Shown here piece after piece: positions 1 through 13,000 of a DNA stretch of 64,000 nt. The DNA is taken from assembly GCA_965285935.1 (NCBI GenBank), contig OZ260661.1, positions 60,884,001 through 60,948,000 of the forward strand, written 5' to 3'. The notes under the pieces were generated by a model. That model saw nothing but the letters and a program-made list of their open reading frames with translations. It was not told where the DNA came from and did no database searches. This stretch comes from Ophelia neglecta. Lineage: Eukaryota. Positions within the stretch are counted from its first letter, which is position 1. Each line of letters opens with the position of its first letter. The position numbers and the translations under genes were made by a program.

Positions 1-219
1 ACTACATTAAACTTTGTGGAATCAAAAAAGTGTAGTCAGTCACAAGACGGTTTGAGCATTTTTATAAAACGAAGTTGATTGTGTTAATTTTTCATAAATT
101 ATTATCATCATCCAGGCCGATATCTTGACAGAAAAAAAGTATGTTGATGCGACCGAAATTCCAAATTTTTGAATTCATACGTTCGTTCATTTCGTTTATT
201 TTTTAATGACAGTTTGTAT

Positions 220-313
220 AGGAAAATGAAGAAGGTGACTTTCTGTTTATATTCCTCCAGAGCCCAGCAGACTTGAGACTGTAGCACACACAAATTGGCT
301 GACTCTCTCTCTC
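220..313 (-). promoter_or_regulatory. Candidate minus-strand core promoter (GA run, CCAAT, TATAAA)
   Basis: Minus strand: (GA)n 303-313, CCAAT 294-298, TATAAA 246-251, TCATTT Inr-like at ~224-229. The Inr is slightly closer to the TATA than canonical. Confidence 0.3.
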
Positions 314-664
314 CGCACACTGTAAAGCGCTCCCTGTTTTATTCAGTGTGTACTTGGTATTAGCCATGACAGGTCCAGTCTGCATGAAGCCAAGTAAATT
401 GGCCCATTCACCGGAATATTATATACATTATTGACTTCGCGGATGCTGAAATAGACTGATCCGGACATTTTCTGTTATAGCATTCAGCGAACGATTCCAC
501 GTGCTTGTTAATGATTTTAACACTCAAACACAAAAGGCACGCTCGTTTTTTTTGTCACTCAAAGACAAATTCTCTTGGAAAGGTGTCTGCATTCGCTACC
601 ATGCGTTAATCTACAAGTTTGATAATATAATCATAATGCGATAGTTTTGGCAATATGCTCCCAG

Positions 665-1572
665 TTTATGGTTCTATGATTCGACAACCAATTAAGAGTC
701 GATAAAAAGGCCACCTTTGTCCCGATGTTAGCGCTATCTGATCCCGCTGTGTCCCAGTGCGGGCGGGGGCAAAACTGGTGACATGGCCCCCGGAATGGAT
801 CTCACCGCGTCTTGTTGGCATTAAATTTACGATATGAGGGCGTGTTGAATTTGTCATAAAATTAAGCTTCATATTCCAGATCGTGTGTCAGGGCAGCAAT
901 AGGGCGATAAATCAGGAGAGATGAATCTGGGATTAACAGGTTTCTGTTTACCCGCCGTCGACTAGCAGTGGACTTGTATTTCCCTGTTGTATTCGGACCG
1001 TCAATGACCAATTGACCAGGCCCTTTGTGCTTGATCCTCGATTGAGGTGCCACCCCAGTTTTTCCATGGTTTACGATGTAAAGTTTCATCACAGTTGTCC
1101 ACCTAGGCTTGCTTTTGTCAACGGGTTTTTAGGTTTTATTCCTGGGCGTGCCTCATGGCAATTTATCAAAACTGAAAACTATATAACATCCCAGGAATTG
1201 TCCCCCACGTGACTGCAAAGGAAATGAAATATTTGCTTAGCTTGGACATTGAAAGTTGTTGCTTTATTTCTAAAGCACATGGTGTCAGCATGAAATATTT
1301 ACGAGGTTTAATGCCACACCTGGTCTAATAACTACTGGACAGAGGGCCAGCCTCATGTGGAGTGACCATATTCAAACAGACAAAGACTTTGAACATTTCA
1401 AATACAAATTTAAAATTCCTTATTTTAGCTGATATAGAAGCGCAACACGCAACTCCTGTCGTAAATCTTCAACCACTTAAATATACCCATCGTGCTTACC
1501 AGCGTACATCATCGAAGACAATGCTGGTAAAGAAATTTCGTTAGTTGCAATGAAATTGGTTTGATTTTATGG
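665..1572. promoter_or_regulatory. Cluster of posterior/central Hox or Cdx-type sites (TTTACGA, TTTATGG/GTCATAAA)
   Basis: TTTATGG 665, TTTACGA 826, GTCATAAA 853, TTTACGA 1070, TTTACGA 1298, GTCGTAAATC 1458, TTTTATGG 1565. Confidence 0.35.
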
Positions 1573-1791
1573 GGGCTCCATGCGACTGTTTGAACTGTGG
1601 TGAACGCTGGCCTTACACACTGAGTCTGTCTAGCCTCTAGGTTAATGTCAGCCGGCCAGGTTCTGCTATCGTATTTCCACAACTAGCTCGAATGATGGAC
1701 TCGAGGGAACTTGTTTGGTCACGGGCTTCATCGTGGTGGTGTTAGGATCACCGATAGGACCACAGTGGTAAAAACCAAAATAGAAGCTAGG

Positions 1792-1801
1792 CCATCCATC
1801 A
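1792..1801 (-). promoter_or_regulatory. Pbx/Exd-Hox1(labial)-type site TGATGGATGG
   Basis: CCATCCATCA on the plus strand; exact match to the labial/Hoxb1 autoregulatory consensus. Confidence 0.3.
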
Positions 1802-2746
1802 ATTTAGCCCGCAAAGTATTGGCTCCAGTTCAGAAAATTATATTTTATTTCACAACAAACCAAAGTATTAACATCAAGCCAGCGACCTCAACACTTTCTC
1901 GCTCTCCGTCCCCTACTATATCCCTTGGCTAGAAGCCTAGGCACTGGTGCTAGGAATCTCGATTAGAACTACCCACGTGCAAGCTATGATCATATCTCTT
2001 AACTATAATCAACAGTAAATCATACCCCTGTCACTGGCAGGAATAGCAACCAGCTCCACGTTAAAGAACGTAGACTTGGCCTTATAGGTTCCGTACATCA
2101 TTGAGGAATGATCATATTTTTATGATTTTTCTTTCCTTTATTGGCCTATCAGAGAACAGGGTATTGGTTTTGTACACCTTATTTATGTGGCCACTGTAAA
2201 CCCTCGACCACACAGGCCAATATTCTGTTTATTTTTGTGTACGGTAATGTTTGTTAAGTTAATCAGAATGATTTTCTGCCACTAAATTAAATATAATGTC
2301 AAATGTCATTGTCCAACACAAGTACAGCAGCAGGACATGTGTTATATAAAACTGTACCCGTTTATACGGCTGAACATCATAATTGTACAAATAAATTTGG
2401 ATCTATAACATATGGGACTCATCCACTCAACTCGAAAATTATGATTTCAACTTCAATGCATTATTGAAAATAAATCAAATCCTGATTGACCGACTTCATG
2501 AAATGCATCAATATATTGTTGCCTCTCATTTAACACATCTTTGATGAAATGGTGTCATTATTAATCCAATCTGTTTTATTATTCATGTCAACTCCCAGCC
2601 AATGCCTGACAGCAGTATCAAGTGCCTAGAAGTCAATACCTTTTTAATGAAAATCCGCAGAAGCCTAATTCATCATCTCTAAAATGTTTGTTGAAAGCTC
2701 CTTATCCCAATAATGCGTTAGGCCTATATAACATTGTTTTAATGGT

Positions 2747-2758
2747 CCCCCCCCCCCC
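2747..2758. repeat. C12 homopolymer
   Basis: Direct reading. Confidence 0.9.
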
Positions 2759-5700
2759 GGCAGTAACAAGCCCAGTTGGACCTCTCAGAATCTGACACTA
2801 TGCATTTAGCTGGGCTCCGGCCCTAGGGGCAAAATCAGCCAACCTTTTCATGGGCAGATTCTTGACATTTCCGCCTTTTATTCAATTAATTACTATTTTT
2901 TCAATATCTAACTCTTTATTGTCTTTTACATGAGAAATTGGCCCGAATATAACTTCATTAACATCCGGCTCGTTCTTCTCAGAGTAGCTTGAATAAAACA
3001 CAGTAAGCCAGTGACACTGACAAAGTGGCTCTGGGTGTAACGTTCTGTCTTAATAGAAGGTAGCAAAACAACAGAAACCAGGGGTGGTCTTTACGAAGGA
3101 AATCCATATATTTCCCAGAGAAACAAGTAAACAAGCATAATTTGAAAACCTCGGATAACCATGCAGTTCTGTATGTAAAACGCACAGTTTATTTTTTACT
3201 AATGAAAAATCGTGGATGTACCGTTTTGTTTAATACGAAGGTCCCATTAATATCCTTACTGGTGTTGGTGCAGAGTATACTACGATCTGTTGTACTAAAA
3301 ATGCAGTATATTTATGGTATGTATAATGTTTAGAATAATAAAAGCCACACAATGGCATTCTAAAATTTATTTGCTTAAAAGCCGTAGCCATATGTGTCAA
3401 GTCAGGCTAATATTGCAATCATAATGGCTGAAGTATTCGCCAGAAATTAATCAGCGACCCAGCGATCGGCATAGCGCAATCCGTGACTGGTCGGCGGAGT
3501 TATTAAATCAGAGCCGTCCACAGTACATAAACTTGGTCATTTAAGAACTGCAGCTGAGAAAAGGGCAGAGCTTGCGGACATTAAATCTGCCCCCTCACTC
3601 CTCGCCGAGCTAAACAAGACCGTGGAGGTCGTCAGGTCAGCTTGGTTACCGAATCTAACGCAATGTCAATCAACCCCCTATTACATCACCAGGCCTAGTG
3701 GCTCGACGAATAACAGCCATCGAAACAATTGTAAGCCACCAGACGTGACGTGCCGAGGTGAACAAACTGTAGCACGCCTCAGATATGATATGTTCCTTTC
3801 CACCATAAAATATAGTTCTCAAAATTCGAATTAATATTCGTCACTTTGAAGTAGTTTTCCAGATTTTCTTAATGATGAGTGGTATTCAACTGTCACTTTA
3901 GCCTCCAATATATCCATAGAAATCCATTTATTAGTTTAATTCACTTAAAATTACATTATGTACAATTTTATATTCGATAAATGCTATCGATTTTCATTTC
4001 CATGGCATGTTGCATCATTTGTGAGCTGATCTGTGTTGTCTGGTGCTCTTGTATTAAACATCTGATTAAAAATAAACCTTGTTTTAAAGAAAAGCGTTCT
4101 AAAATAGTTATTCGGAAGAGTGATACTTTATTTTAAGCCCTGTGTTTTGATTTGGGAATGCGAAGACGTGAGAAGGTCACAGGCAACAGAGCTTGCATGT
4201 GTTGGAAGAACGCCTGACGAATTACAGAATATAGTTCTGCTTTTTTTGTGTTCAGGCCCGTCATAATCAACACGGTATTCCACCAAATCATTAGTCGTCA
4301 GGCATGCAATATCCAAATCAGTCGGACACTCCCGACAGCAAGTTTAAAAACCGTTTCTCATGGATAAAAGTTTTAATTGACTTGAAAAAATAATCGGGTT
4401 AGCCCTTTCAAAATATTTCGAAACTAAATTTAGATAAAATTAGACCACTTAGCTGGGAAATAAATACCATAAGATAATCTTTTACTTGTGCTAAGAATTC
4501 TAGGCCATTTTGATAACGTTTTCTCTGCCTGTCGGAAATGTTGAGAGATGGTTCTTGTAATATTTCCTTGATTTTTTGTCGGTGAGAGCTGAATTGATGG
4601 CCGGCAAGACACTATTTCATCTGGGGCCCACTGACATCTCACTGCCAGTGATACATGGTCATCATTTCCTTCACAAGATTGTGAGGCAAAAAAGCAATAT
4701 TTTGCCCAAGTAATTTCCTCCTATACGCCGGGACATAATGAAAACCGACCAAAAGATGAAAAGAATTCATTAATTTTGGCCCGAGTCGTCCAGAAAAAGA
4801 CATCTTACAGTCATCAGTCAAGAAAAATTATCTAAATGTGCGAGAATAGGAACAATTCTCTGTCTGCAAAAGAGATCGTTGACATAAGTCTGCAGAAAAA
4901 GAAATGGCTAAGGGTTTTTCTCACAGTGTTAAGCTCTCGCTTGATAACTTTCGCCCAAGCGCTGAGATAAGAAGGATTTTTTTTTCTAGCATAACAGATG
5001 ATTGCTTCAGACTAACTTCTTTTACTTCCCCACCTCAGGTTGTGAAACGTATAACCCACGGGCTTATTTCTAAACACCAGCAAGTTTAGTTATCGAATTA
5101 TAACCCTACGATAGTATCACCGTGATCAAACGAGACAAAACATAATTCTACATTAGTTGATTAAACCTCTGTGCCAATTTATACTCTGAATCTGTCCGCA
5201 ATTTCATATATAACAGCCGAAGCTCTTGGTAGTAAATCAACCACGGTTTTGAAATAAGCGCGCCCGAACAACCTGCAATGGCCGCCATCCTACGTCCTTG
5301 ACTCACATTGTAAACAAAGCCCCCTAGAACAACGAAATTTACGTAAGGTAAACCAAATAATCGGTGCTGTTTTCCCGAAATCGTCGAGTTTTAACCAATA
5401 AATATTATCTCACTCATATTAATATGTTTTTAATGCTGACTGTGAACGAATTGAGCTAAAGAAATACGAAATATCACGTCCATTCTGAATAAATTACCAA
5501 GCTACATACAAAGGCACTTGAGTATTGACGAACGGACGATATTCACTCACAAACGAGAATCGGCTGAATGTACGACAAAACTCTTCTTGGGGTAACATTT
5601 ATGAATATTTCCGTTGACTGGTGTTGTATGATACATGTACATGCCTGGTATAGTAATATGGGAGTATGAAATTCAGAACCATACCGTCCGGAAACATCTG

Positions 5701-8070
5701 AGGTACATGTATCTTTCTAAAGGGAAAATGGCAACTGTAGCATCTTGTATATTCCAGCGAGGATCTAAGACAATTTATTTGCTGCACTGGGTAAATCTCT
5801 ATCCTGTTTAATCGTTTCAAGCTGTGTGAAATTCTGTTTATTTTTTAGAATATAGCCTGGTTTTGCAGAAGAAAATAATGGTTCTAGGCCAATTTCCCTA
5901 TTGTTATGATACTAATGTAAACAACTATTATATTGTATTCAGAGATATTTTATACACATAAGAACGAAATCCTATCGAGGGTTATAGGAGTAAATTTTAC
6001 GAATATGAGGTAGATTTATACATGAAGTCCTGTTTGATTATGCTAGATCTATTTACAAAAGCCGGCCGAGATAATGTTATGTCCTAGCTGGCTCGAAAGT
6101 CACGATCATTGAGACCTGTGTGTTTATTTGATACTGTTTTCTACTAAACATTGAACAGCAAAATAACATTGTTAACGACTCTGGAAGAAACCTTCAAATC
6201 TTTTTTTAATTTTCGTTTCACACAAGATAAAATTTCCCCTTTACAAAATGTATAACTGCACTATTAAGATAAAACATTTGAAACAAAATATTTACCTTGA
6301 TATAATTTATTGGTTGGATTTTCGTTGCATAATACAGATATTTTTGAGAAATATTATGGAGTTGTGTTTAACCCAAAAATCAGATCCTTCAAATATGCAT
6401 GAAGTAAACCGTCAAGCGGTACATAACAAAACACAAATTTCTACGAAAAAAAACACCCATTAGGAGCGTACATTTACACGAAATATTCTTATCCTTCGAT
6501 TATAAAGCTGTTAGTGAGCTATGAGCTTCCTGCCCCAAGGCTCAGTTTGAAAGTGCTTCTTTATGATATTCTTTTTATTGAAGGGGCATAATTTAAACGT
6601 TAAATAGACATAAACGTAATGAGATAATGTTTCTCTAAGTGGGAAATGAAAATGGCTGGGATTTTATGTTACGACAAGAGGGTCACACATGATGTTTATC
6701 CCTGGGTGTTCCCGGTATATTGTTTATTCAGTTTATATTTATTGTGCAATAAAACACCTAAGTTACACACATGAAACAGGAATAAATCGCTTTATTGCTG
6801 TACATTATGTGTTCATCGAGTCTATCGCAAAAAACGAACATGGTTCTTCTTAAAGTGGGCTGTATTTATGGCATTATAGTCTGAGTGAAAGATCGAAACA
6901 AAATCTGACGTAAGCTTTGGCCAAAAAGTTGCTAATTTATTCATTCACTGTATCGCTAATCTGATTTATTATAAAATTATCAACACAGTGAGAATATTGT
7001 TATACGCAACAACGTTTCCGCAGCATTCGTGAGATATTTTTATATAATGTATACAAGCTGGAGTCGACGTACAAACCAGGTGCATTTATTGCTTAAATCA
7101 TTAGGAGTCTGAGACAAAAATAAACGACATTTGAGACAGAAAGCTGCCTCTATCTCTGTTAATTTCTCCAAGAGAGAAAGCGTGTAAATTCTTAATTAGA
7201 CTTAGAGCCAAGGCTGTCTGTGAGGGGTTAGTTTATGACACCAGTTTCCCACTGTCGTTTGGCCATGTGCTTCCATGTGGCCCTGTGTAATAAAACTCAA
7301 CATTATGGGATTTAGGAAACCCAAAATGATGTCAACCCCCACCGTCTTTCGCCTTTTGGTTCCCTAAGACACTTCCTGTGGTAACTAAATATTTCGAGCA
7401 CGCTATGCTGTGAGAGCAGACGATGAGACCGGAGGTGTGGAGATCTGAACCTACGGGAGTACATAACATTTAGGTAAGCGTCTGTGAAGTCTCTTTGTAC
7501 AAATATCCTCTCTGTTCCATCTTCCTTGACATTTTTTTCAAAGTCAGAGCAAACTCTTTGTATCTGGCGTGTATCGAAAGAAGAACTGTTTCTACCTTTG
7601 GGTAAACACTGACGACGCAGGGAAGGAACTTATTAAATATTGAAGACTGTCGAGTTGGCAGAGGAGGTAACACGAAGACTAGGTGTCAACCACTGCCATT
7701 AGTTACCAAAGGGTGGCAAATTTTCTCTTTTTCCTAACTCTCCATCTTGACACAAACTTCCTTACTGTGCATTCATCTAAATAGAAAACTTGTGAGCAAA
7801 ACCATCTGTTGTATGATTGAATGTTTTTAGAGGTGACACGCAATTATCACCCGGCCCCGGACGTTCAAAAATCACAACTTTTGACTGCAGATTATCACCA
7901 ATGGTCATAAAACAAAAATGAAATATTGTTGACCAGGCTATACATGTAACAAACTCTACCTCCTAATTGGAAGTTGGTAATTTTTCATAATTTGAATTTG
8001 CCTTGACCATATTTTTGCTGGTGCCGCGTTGACATTTGGGCAAGTAAAATATCTGAGCCCGCCGAACGAC

Positions 8071-8080
8071 CCATCCATCA
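8071..8080 (-). promoter_or_regulatory. Pbx/Exd-Hox1(labial)-type site TGATGGATGG
   Basis: CCATCCATCA on the plus strand. Confidence 0.3.
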
Positions 8081-9810
8081 AAGAGGCCACTTTCCATACA
8101 CTGTTCGTGGTTTTCCCATGCTTTTGCAGGCCTTGAATTTAAACGAATCTTTGGCATTAGTATAGGTATTTGTTGATAATTCACTGCCACATATTTCTAA
8201 GGCAGCAGATCCACATTGTATTATAAAAATCTCTGCCGGTGCTGCTTTTGTAGTTCTGATGGAAAACGCCTGTTAAACTCTGATAACAAAAAGCCAGAAT
8301 CTGCCTATGCCATGCTTTGCAAAAGTCAAATGAATGAGGCAATTTATCATCCACAATCCCTAGACCCATATATCATTGTCATACACTAGTCCTTATTTCT
8401 CAACCAGGCTTATAATAATGGGAAAAGCATGCTAGTGGTGACAAGTTAAAACCACTGAAATGTCATAGTATTTATTTGCAGTATAATGAGTGAGGGTCAA
8501 AATTAATGCTGCAAATTCTCCTTGATATCAGAGTTCTGGGGTTATTTATTTTTCTCTGAAGTTTGCACTTTTTCTACATCGCTCAGGCTTGCCACAATAA
8601 CTGCTTTGAAAGAAATGGCCTCCAAATAATTTATCTGAAAGTAGATGGAACAGCACTAAGACAGGAACCCTGAGAAGAATTGCAATTTCGTAATTTCGTG
8701 AAAAGTAGAATTCACAGTGTGTTGTTACCGACCGAATTAGTTTGAAAATGGACAGGAGGTTGGATACATTGCGTTAATGAATATTTATGGCACCTAGATA
8801 CCCGAAAATCCTTCTGTTAGGTCTTCAAAGAGAATGAGTCAGACACCTAAGGAAGCCGAGAATCCGTTTATTTCAATCTCTAACCAGGAGAGATTTCCGA
8901 GAGACTTCTATTATTCTTTCTCTCAATGGTAGGATCAAACGAATGTCAGCATGCAACCTACTGTTATGTATGTCCACCGTCAGGCGTTCAGTCGAAAATA
9001 TAAATTCAAACAAACCGACTTTCTTGTTTCGTAGTTCGTTCTGTTCGTTCTTGGCAAAATAATTGAATATATGGATCATGCAACCTCCAACTTAGGTGAT
9101 CCAGAACTATCTGTCAACTTGGCTACTTTCTTTCTTCTACTTTCCAACCCACAGCAAAGGAAATAATACTAATTCTTGCCTTCCATGATGGGCAAGTTTT
9201 GCCGCTTACAGTAAATCACAACTTTCAACAAAGAACGAGCCTGTGCTGAGTGTTTGTTGGTAGAAACTACAAATAATAAAAAGTCAGCCTTCTTAGAGAC
9301 AAAAAATAACTGTTCAGATTGATTTTCCTCACTAAAATATAATATTTCAAACGAAAATCGCATCATTTATATGGTTACTTTAAAAAAACAGCTTTCTCCC
9401 TACACTACTGGCGTGGTTGATAGATCAATGTTTGGGTTGACATTGAAAGCTTGTAGTCGATTCGAAAAAAATAAACACTCTACAGCACAGCGCATTGACA
9501 AACCCGAGAAAATGTCTTCAAAGAAATCAAATGAATTATATTCCCAAGCCAGGAAATGGAATTGGAAAGAGATTGCACAGCCAGAAAAAACTAGATATAT
9601 CGATCAGAGGTTCTAGACTACTGAAATAAACAGGAACCGCAGCATGCAGTTTTGAAATTTTGCCAACAATAATCGTTGGTTATGCTTGGCGGGACTATCA
9701 TAGACTCAGCTCAGTTTGAAAAGTCAACGCTATGGCTGCATAGTTTCACAGTGAATTACGCTCGCTAAATATATTAGTTTCGATGTAACAAGTATTGACA
9801 AGACACTCAC

Positions 9811-9862
9811 CGTCCTTGCCATCCACTCGAGGTTGTAAGTTGGTTGCAGTGGTCTTGGTGAT
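9811..9862 (-). other. Candidate 52-nt internal exon of the miR-10 host transcript
   Basis: Minus strand: tgtttcctatactaatccacag|ATCACC...GCAAGGACG|gtgagt. Consensus donor; the acceptor has a moderate pyrimidine tract. Same strand as the miRNA and ~20 nt downstream of it. Confidence 0.45.
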
Positions 9863-9883
9863 CTGTGGATTAGTATAGGAAAC

Positions 9884-9941
9884 ATACACCCTGAGAACTG
9901 AGTGGTGGGCTGAATATCACTCGCTCGGTTCTACAGGGTAA
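9884..9941 (-). ncRNA. mir-10: miR-10 family pre-miRNA (mature 5p 9918-9941: UUACCCUGUAGAACCGAGCGAGUG; 3p arm ~9884-9907)
   Basis: Minus strand reads TTACCCTGTAGAACCGAGCGAGTG-ATATTCAGCC-CACCACTCAGTTCTCAGGGTGTAT. TACCCTGTAGAACCGA is identical to the first 16 nt of canonical miR-10b. The arms pair over ~20 bp with a 10-nt loop, and the basal stem continues to AUAGG/CCUAU (9875-9952). CNNC (CCAC, 9865-9868) lies 16-17 nt 3' of the inferred Drosha cut. Confidence 0.92.
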
Positions 9942-10037
9942 AGGCGGCCTATTGAGGTTAAAGGTCATACCGGTTCTCTTCCCTAAATGTCGTATGCGGC
10001 AGGCTACAAATATCAAAACATTTGGGTTGGCTAGTCA

Positions 10038-10041
<4 letters not shown>

Positions 10042-10068
<27 letters not shown>
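10042..10068. repeat. (AT)n microsatellite
   Basis: 27-nt uninterrupted AT alternation. Confidence 0.95.
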
Positions 10069-13000
10069 AATTTATACATAAACGTGTGTATGTGATGTTT
10101 AAATATTATAATATATCAATAATATATCAAGCTTAATATAGATTGTTAAGACCGTGAAAAATTATTAATATGTAGATTTGGGAGCCGTTAAATACATTGG
10201 AATTAATCTTAGAAGCTCAATATTATTAGTCGTCGTTCCCCACTTCACTAGAAAGAATCGGCAAAACATAATATAAATGTGGTACACACGTTAGAGACTT
10301 TGGCTCTCACGATTTAAGACTATAGACTGATGATATCATATAAATTATTCTTTGAATTGCGAATTCAATGGGGTTCTTTCTGGCATTGATTGGATGATAT
10401 TTTATACATCAAATTTAAAATATTTCGTTTTTTTTCAACCATAATTTATGGCTGTCTTTTGACAAGAATATAGCTCGGCGTACATTTGAATTCATTTCAG
10501 TACTTGTTTTATTTCACTTATTAAAGTTTCTTGTCGAATCATTATTTAGAATATAAGTAAATGTTAGGAAATACAAAAAAATAAGATAGCACATCATCAA
10601 TTTAAAAGATTCAAATCAGCGACTTGTGCAATACAGTTATCCATCACAGCTACACCTATAGTTGTCTCATTGACACATTTGGCTATTAAATTACAATGTA
10701 ACTCTTGCAACACAAACGAAACAGCCTTTCTCACTAAGATTCCTTTTATTTTGTATAATTAGGTTTATTTGTGTTGACATAGCAAGTTGATACCTTAGTA
10801 TTTTTTTGATGAGACACGTATATACACAATTAATGAGGGATATTTATTGGGTACACTCAGAGACATGTTGAGTTAGACGCCCCATCATTTGTTTTACCTA
10901 ACCTGGTACAAGACTAAGGACCTCCTTATTTACTTACCCTAACTAAATTTATACAAGCTGAAGTAGATTTTGCTGCAGACACTTTTGTCAAGGTAGGCTT
11001 GTTTGTACTCCTAAAGGACACCTCAGAGAGCTGTTCGGAAGCCAGGCCGCCTTGTCATCAATAAACATGATCGAGTGCCCGTTGTAGGGTTAATGTAGAT
11101 TTTGACAAAACGTACACGACATGGCGAACATCGATTAGGGGAGGATGGAGGGGGTTGGGATGTAAGCCGGCAGGTTTTGTGGAGTAGGAAATGACAAAGG
11201 TCGTGGTGGCGACCCACTTGGGCTGCCCTTTGTGCCCGGGCCCCATTCACTCGCCTGGCAAGGAAACCCTTAGGCAGTTGTTCTGTTTGGGACATTCGTC
11301 TCCGGTGGTTGTCCTTGGTTACCGGTCCACGGTCAATATCTCAGGCGATTCCCAGGACGCGCGCCCAGGAAACCGTCTGGCAGTGACAGATTCCTTCCAA
11401 AGATACAGAAAATAAATGTTTAACGCACTGCAGATCACTCGACATGGGAATATCTCTGCTCAAGCCAGCTAGATTACACATGTCCAAACTGGAGCTCGGC
11501 TTGTAATTTCCTTCATTAAAACCTAGTTTCCTCGTATAAATTAAACAATAGATCACCTGGATACGGCGATCGATCATCATCCCCCATGTCCATTGCAGAC
11601 TATATTGGCTATAAATTCCGAGCTAATGTAAAACTACCTTCAGAGAGTTTAGTTCAAAAATGCCAGAATTCCGTGTCATTTAGCCATACAAATGACCTCG
11701 CCTTTTCTCATCTGCTACTTGAAAAATGATAACGATCATCGGTGGATAGAATGGTGCTTAGTTCAATTACCAGGCCGATTTCAGCTCTTTTAATATAGCC
11801 GGAAGTATGTAATCTTCCCGGATGGCATGGGCTATTATTCTATGCACAGATTACACTGGTAACCCATTTATGGCCACATTCCCATATTGCTAGATAGATC
11901 AATGTGATACTGATTGCGGAGGGCCACGAATCATGTGAAAAGATAGATTGTTCCTTTTCCAGCAGATAAATCTAAAATACCCTGAACTGAATATTATTGG
12001 AGTCATCACATATTCTTTCTTTTTCTTTGATTTCGAACTTCTGGAAACAAATATCGTCTGCTGTGAGTTTCATGACTCAGAACAGTGACATTAGGTGATT
12101 TGACAGTCATCGCACGGTCTGAATGGCGCGATTCATTACTGTACCCTTCCTGTAGGATTCAAACGTTGTGAATCACATTTAGCGGCTGGCTTTGAAGGCA
12201 GAATACAATCACAATTTAACACCACCTTAGATGGCTGTCCTATCCTCTGTTGATTGGCTGCCATCATTGCTAAAAGCTAGAGACTACGTTCAATTAGAGT
12301 GATGTGATTAGACTATTGCTTAGCCAGGTTCTAATTTCGACCACAATCCTCTTGGCAAATCTGCCAGCCACTTCATTTCAGACACTCATAGCATGCTTAC
12401 TGCAGCCCCAAAATGAACTTTAGTTCTTCATTTTAGACACACCTCCCTCCACTGCCCCTGACTTATTCCACACAAGAAATTAGTTGATCAATATCTGCTC
12501 TATCACTATTCTTGAAGGTATTTCTTAATGACACTCTGCGTTGTTGTAGCCGGGATCTTTCGATCAGTTCTACCGAAAGAAAGGTCCCCCGGTAATTTAT
12601 TGCCTGCCACAGCACTTGAGAATCTCATTCTAAAAGCAATAGCGACTAGGAATGGAATTTTGTAGAATAATTTGGCCTGTTACAGACTTCATTTTCTTCT
12701 TATTCACTTGGTTTGCTCAAGATAATAAGGTCACAATCAAGCTTGCAGCTTTTTGGCAGTGTTCGAATACAACTTATGGGATTTTAGGCCGGTGTTCCCA
12801 CGAGGAATGTCGAATGATTTGACGCGTTGACGGGACGGAAATCGTATTCCTAATTGTAACCTCTCCGCGTCCCTTCCTACTGACTAGACTAAAGATCGGG
12901 TTAGATATCTACAAATTCTCACTTGAATGATCTGAGTTCTAGATCAGCGGCAAGCCATAGGTTAAACACTTTACCCAATATAACACTAACCATGACTCAA

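Noticed and set aside
7423-7479. Short plus-strand ORF followed by GTAAGC
   Set aside because: No pyrimidine-rich acceptor upstream and only 16 codons.
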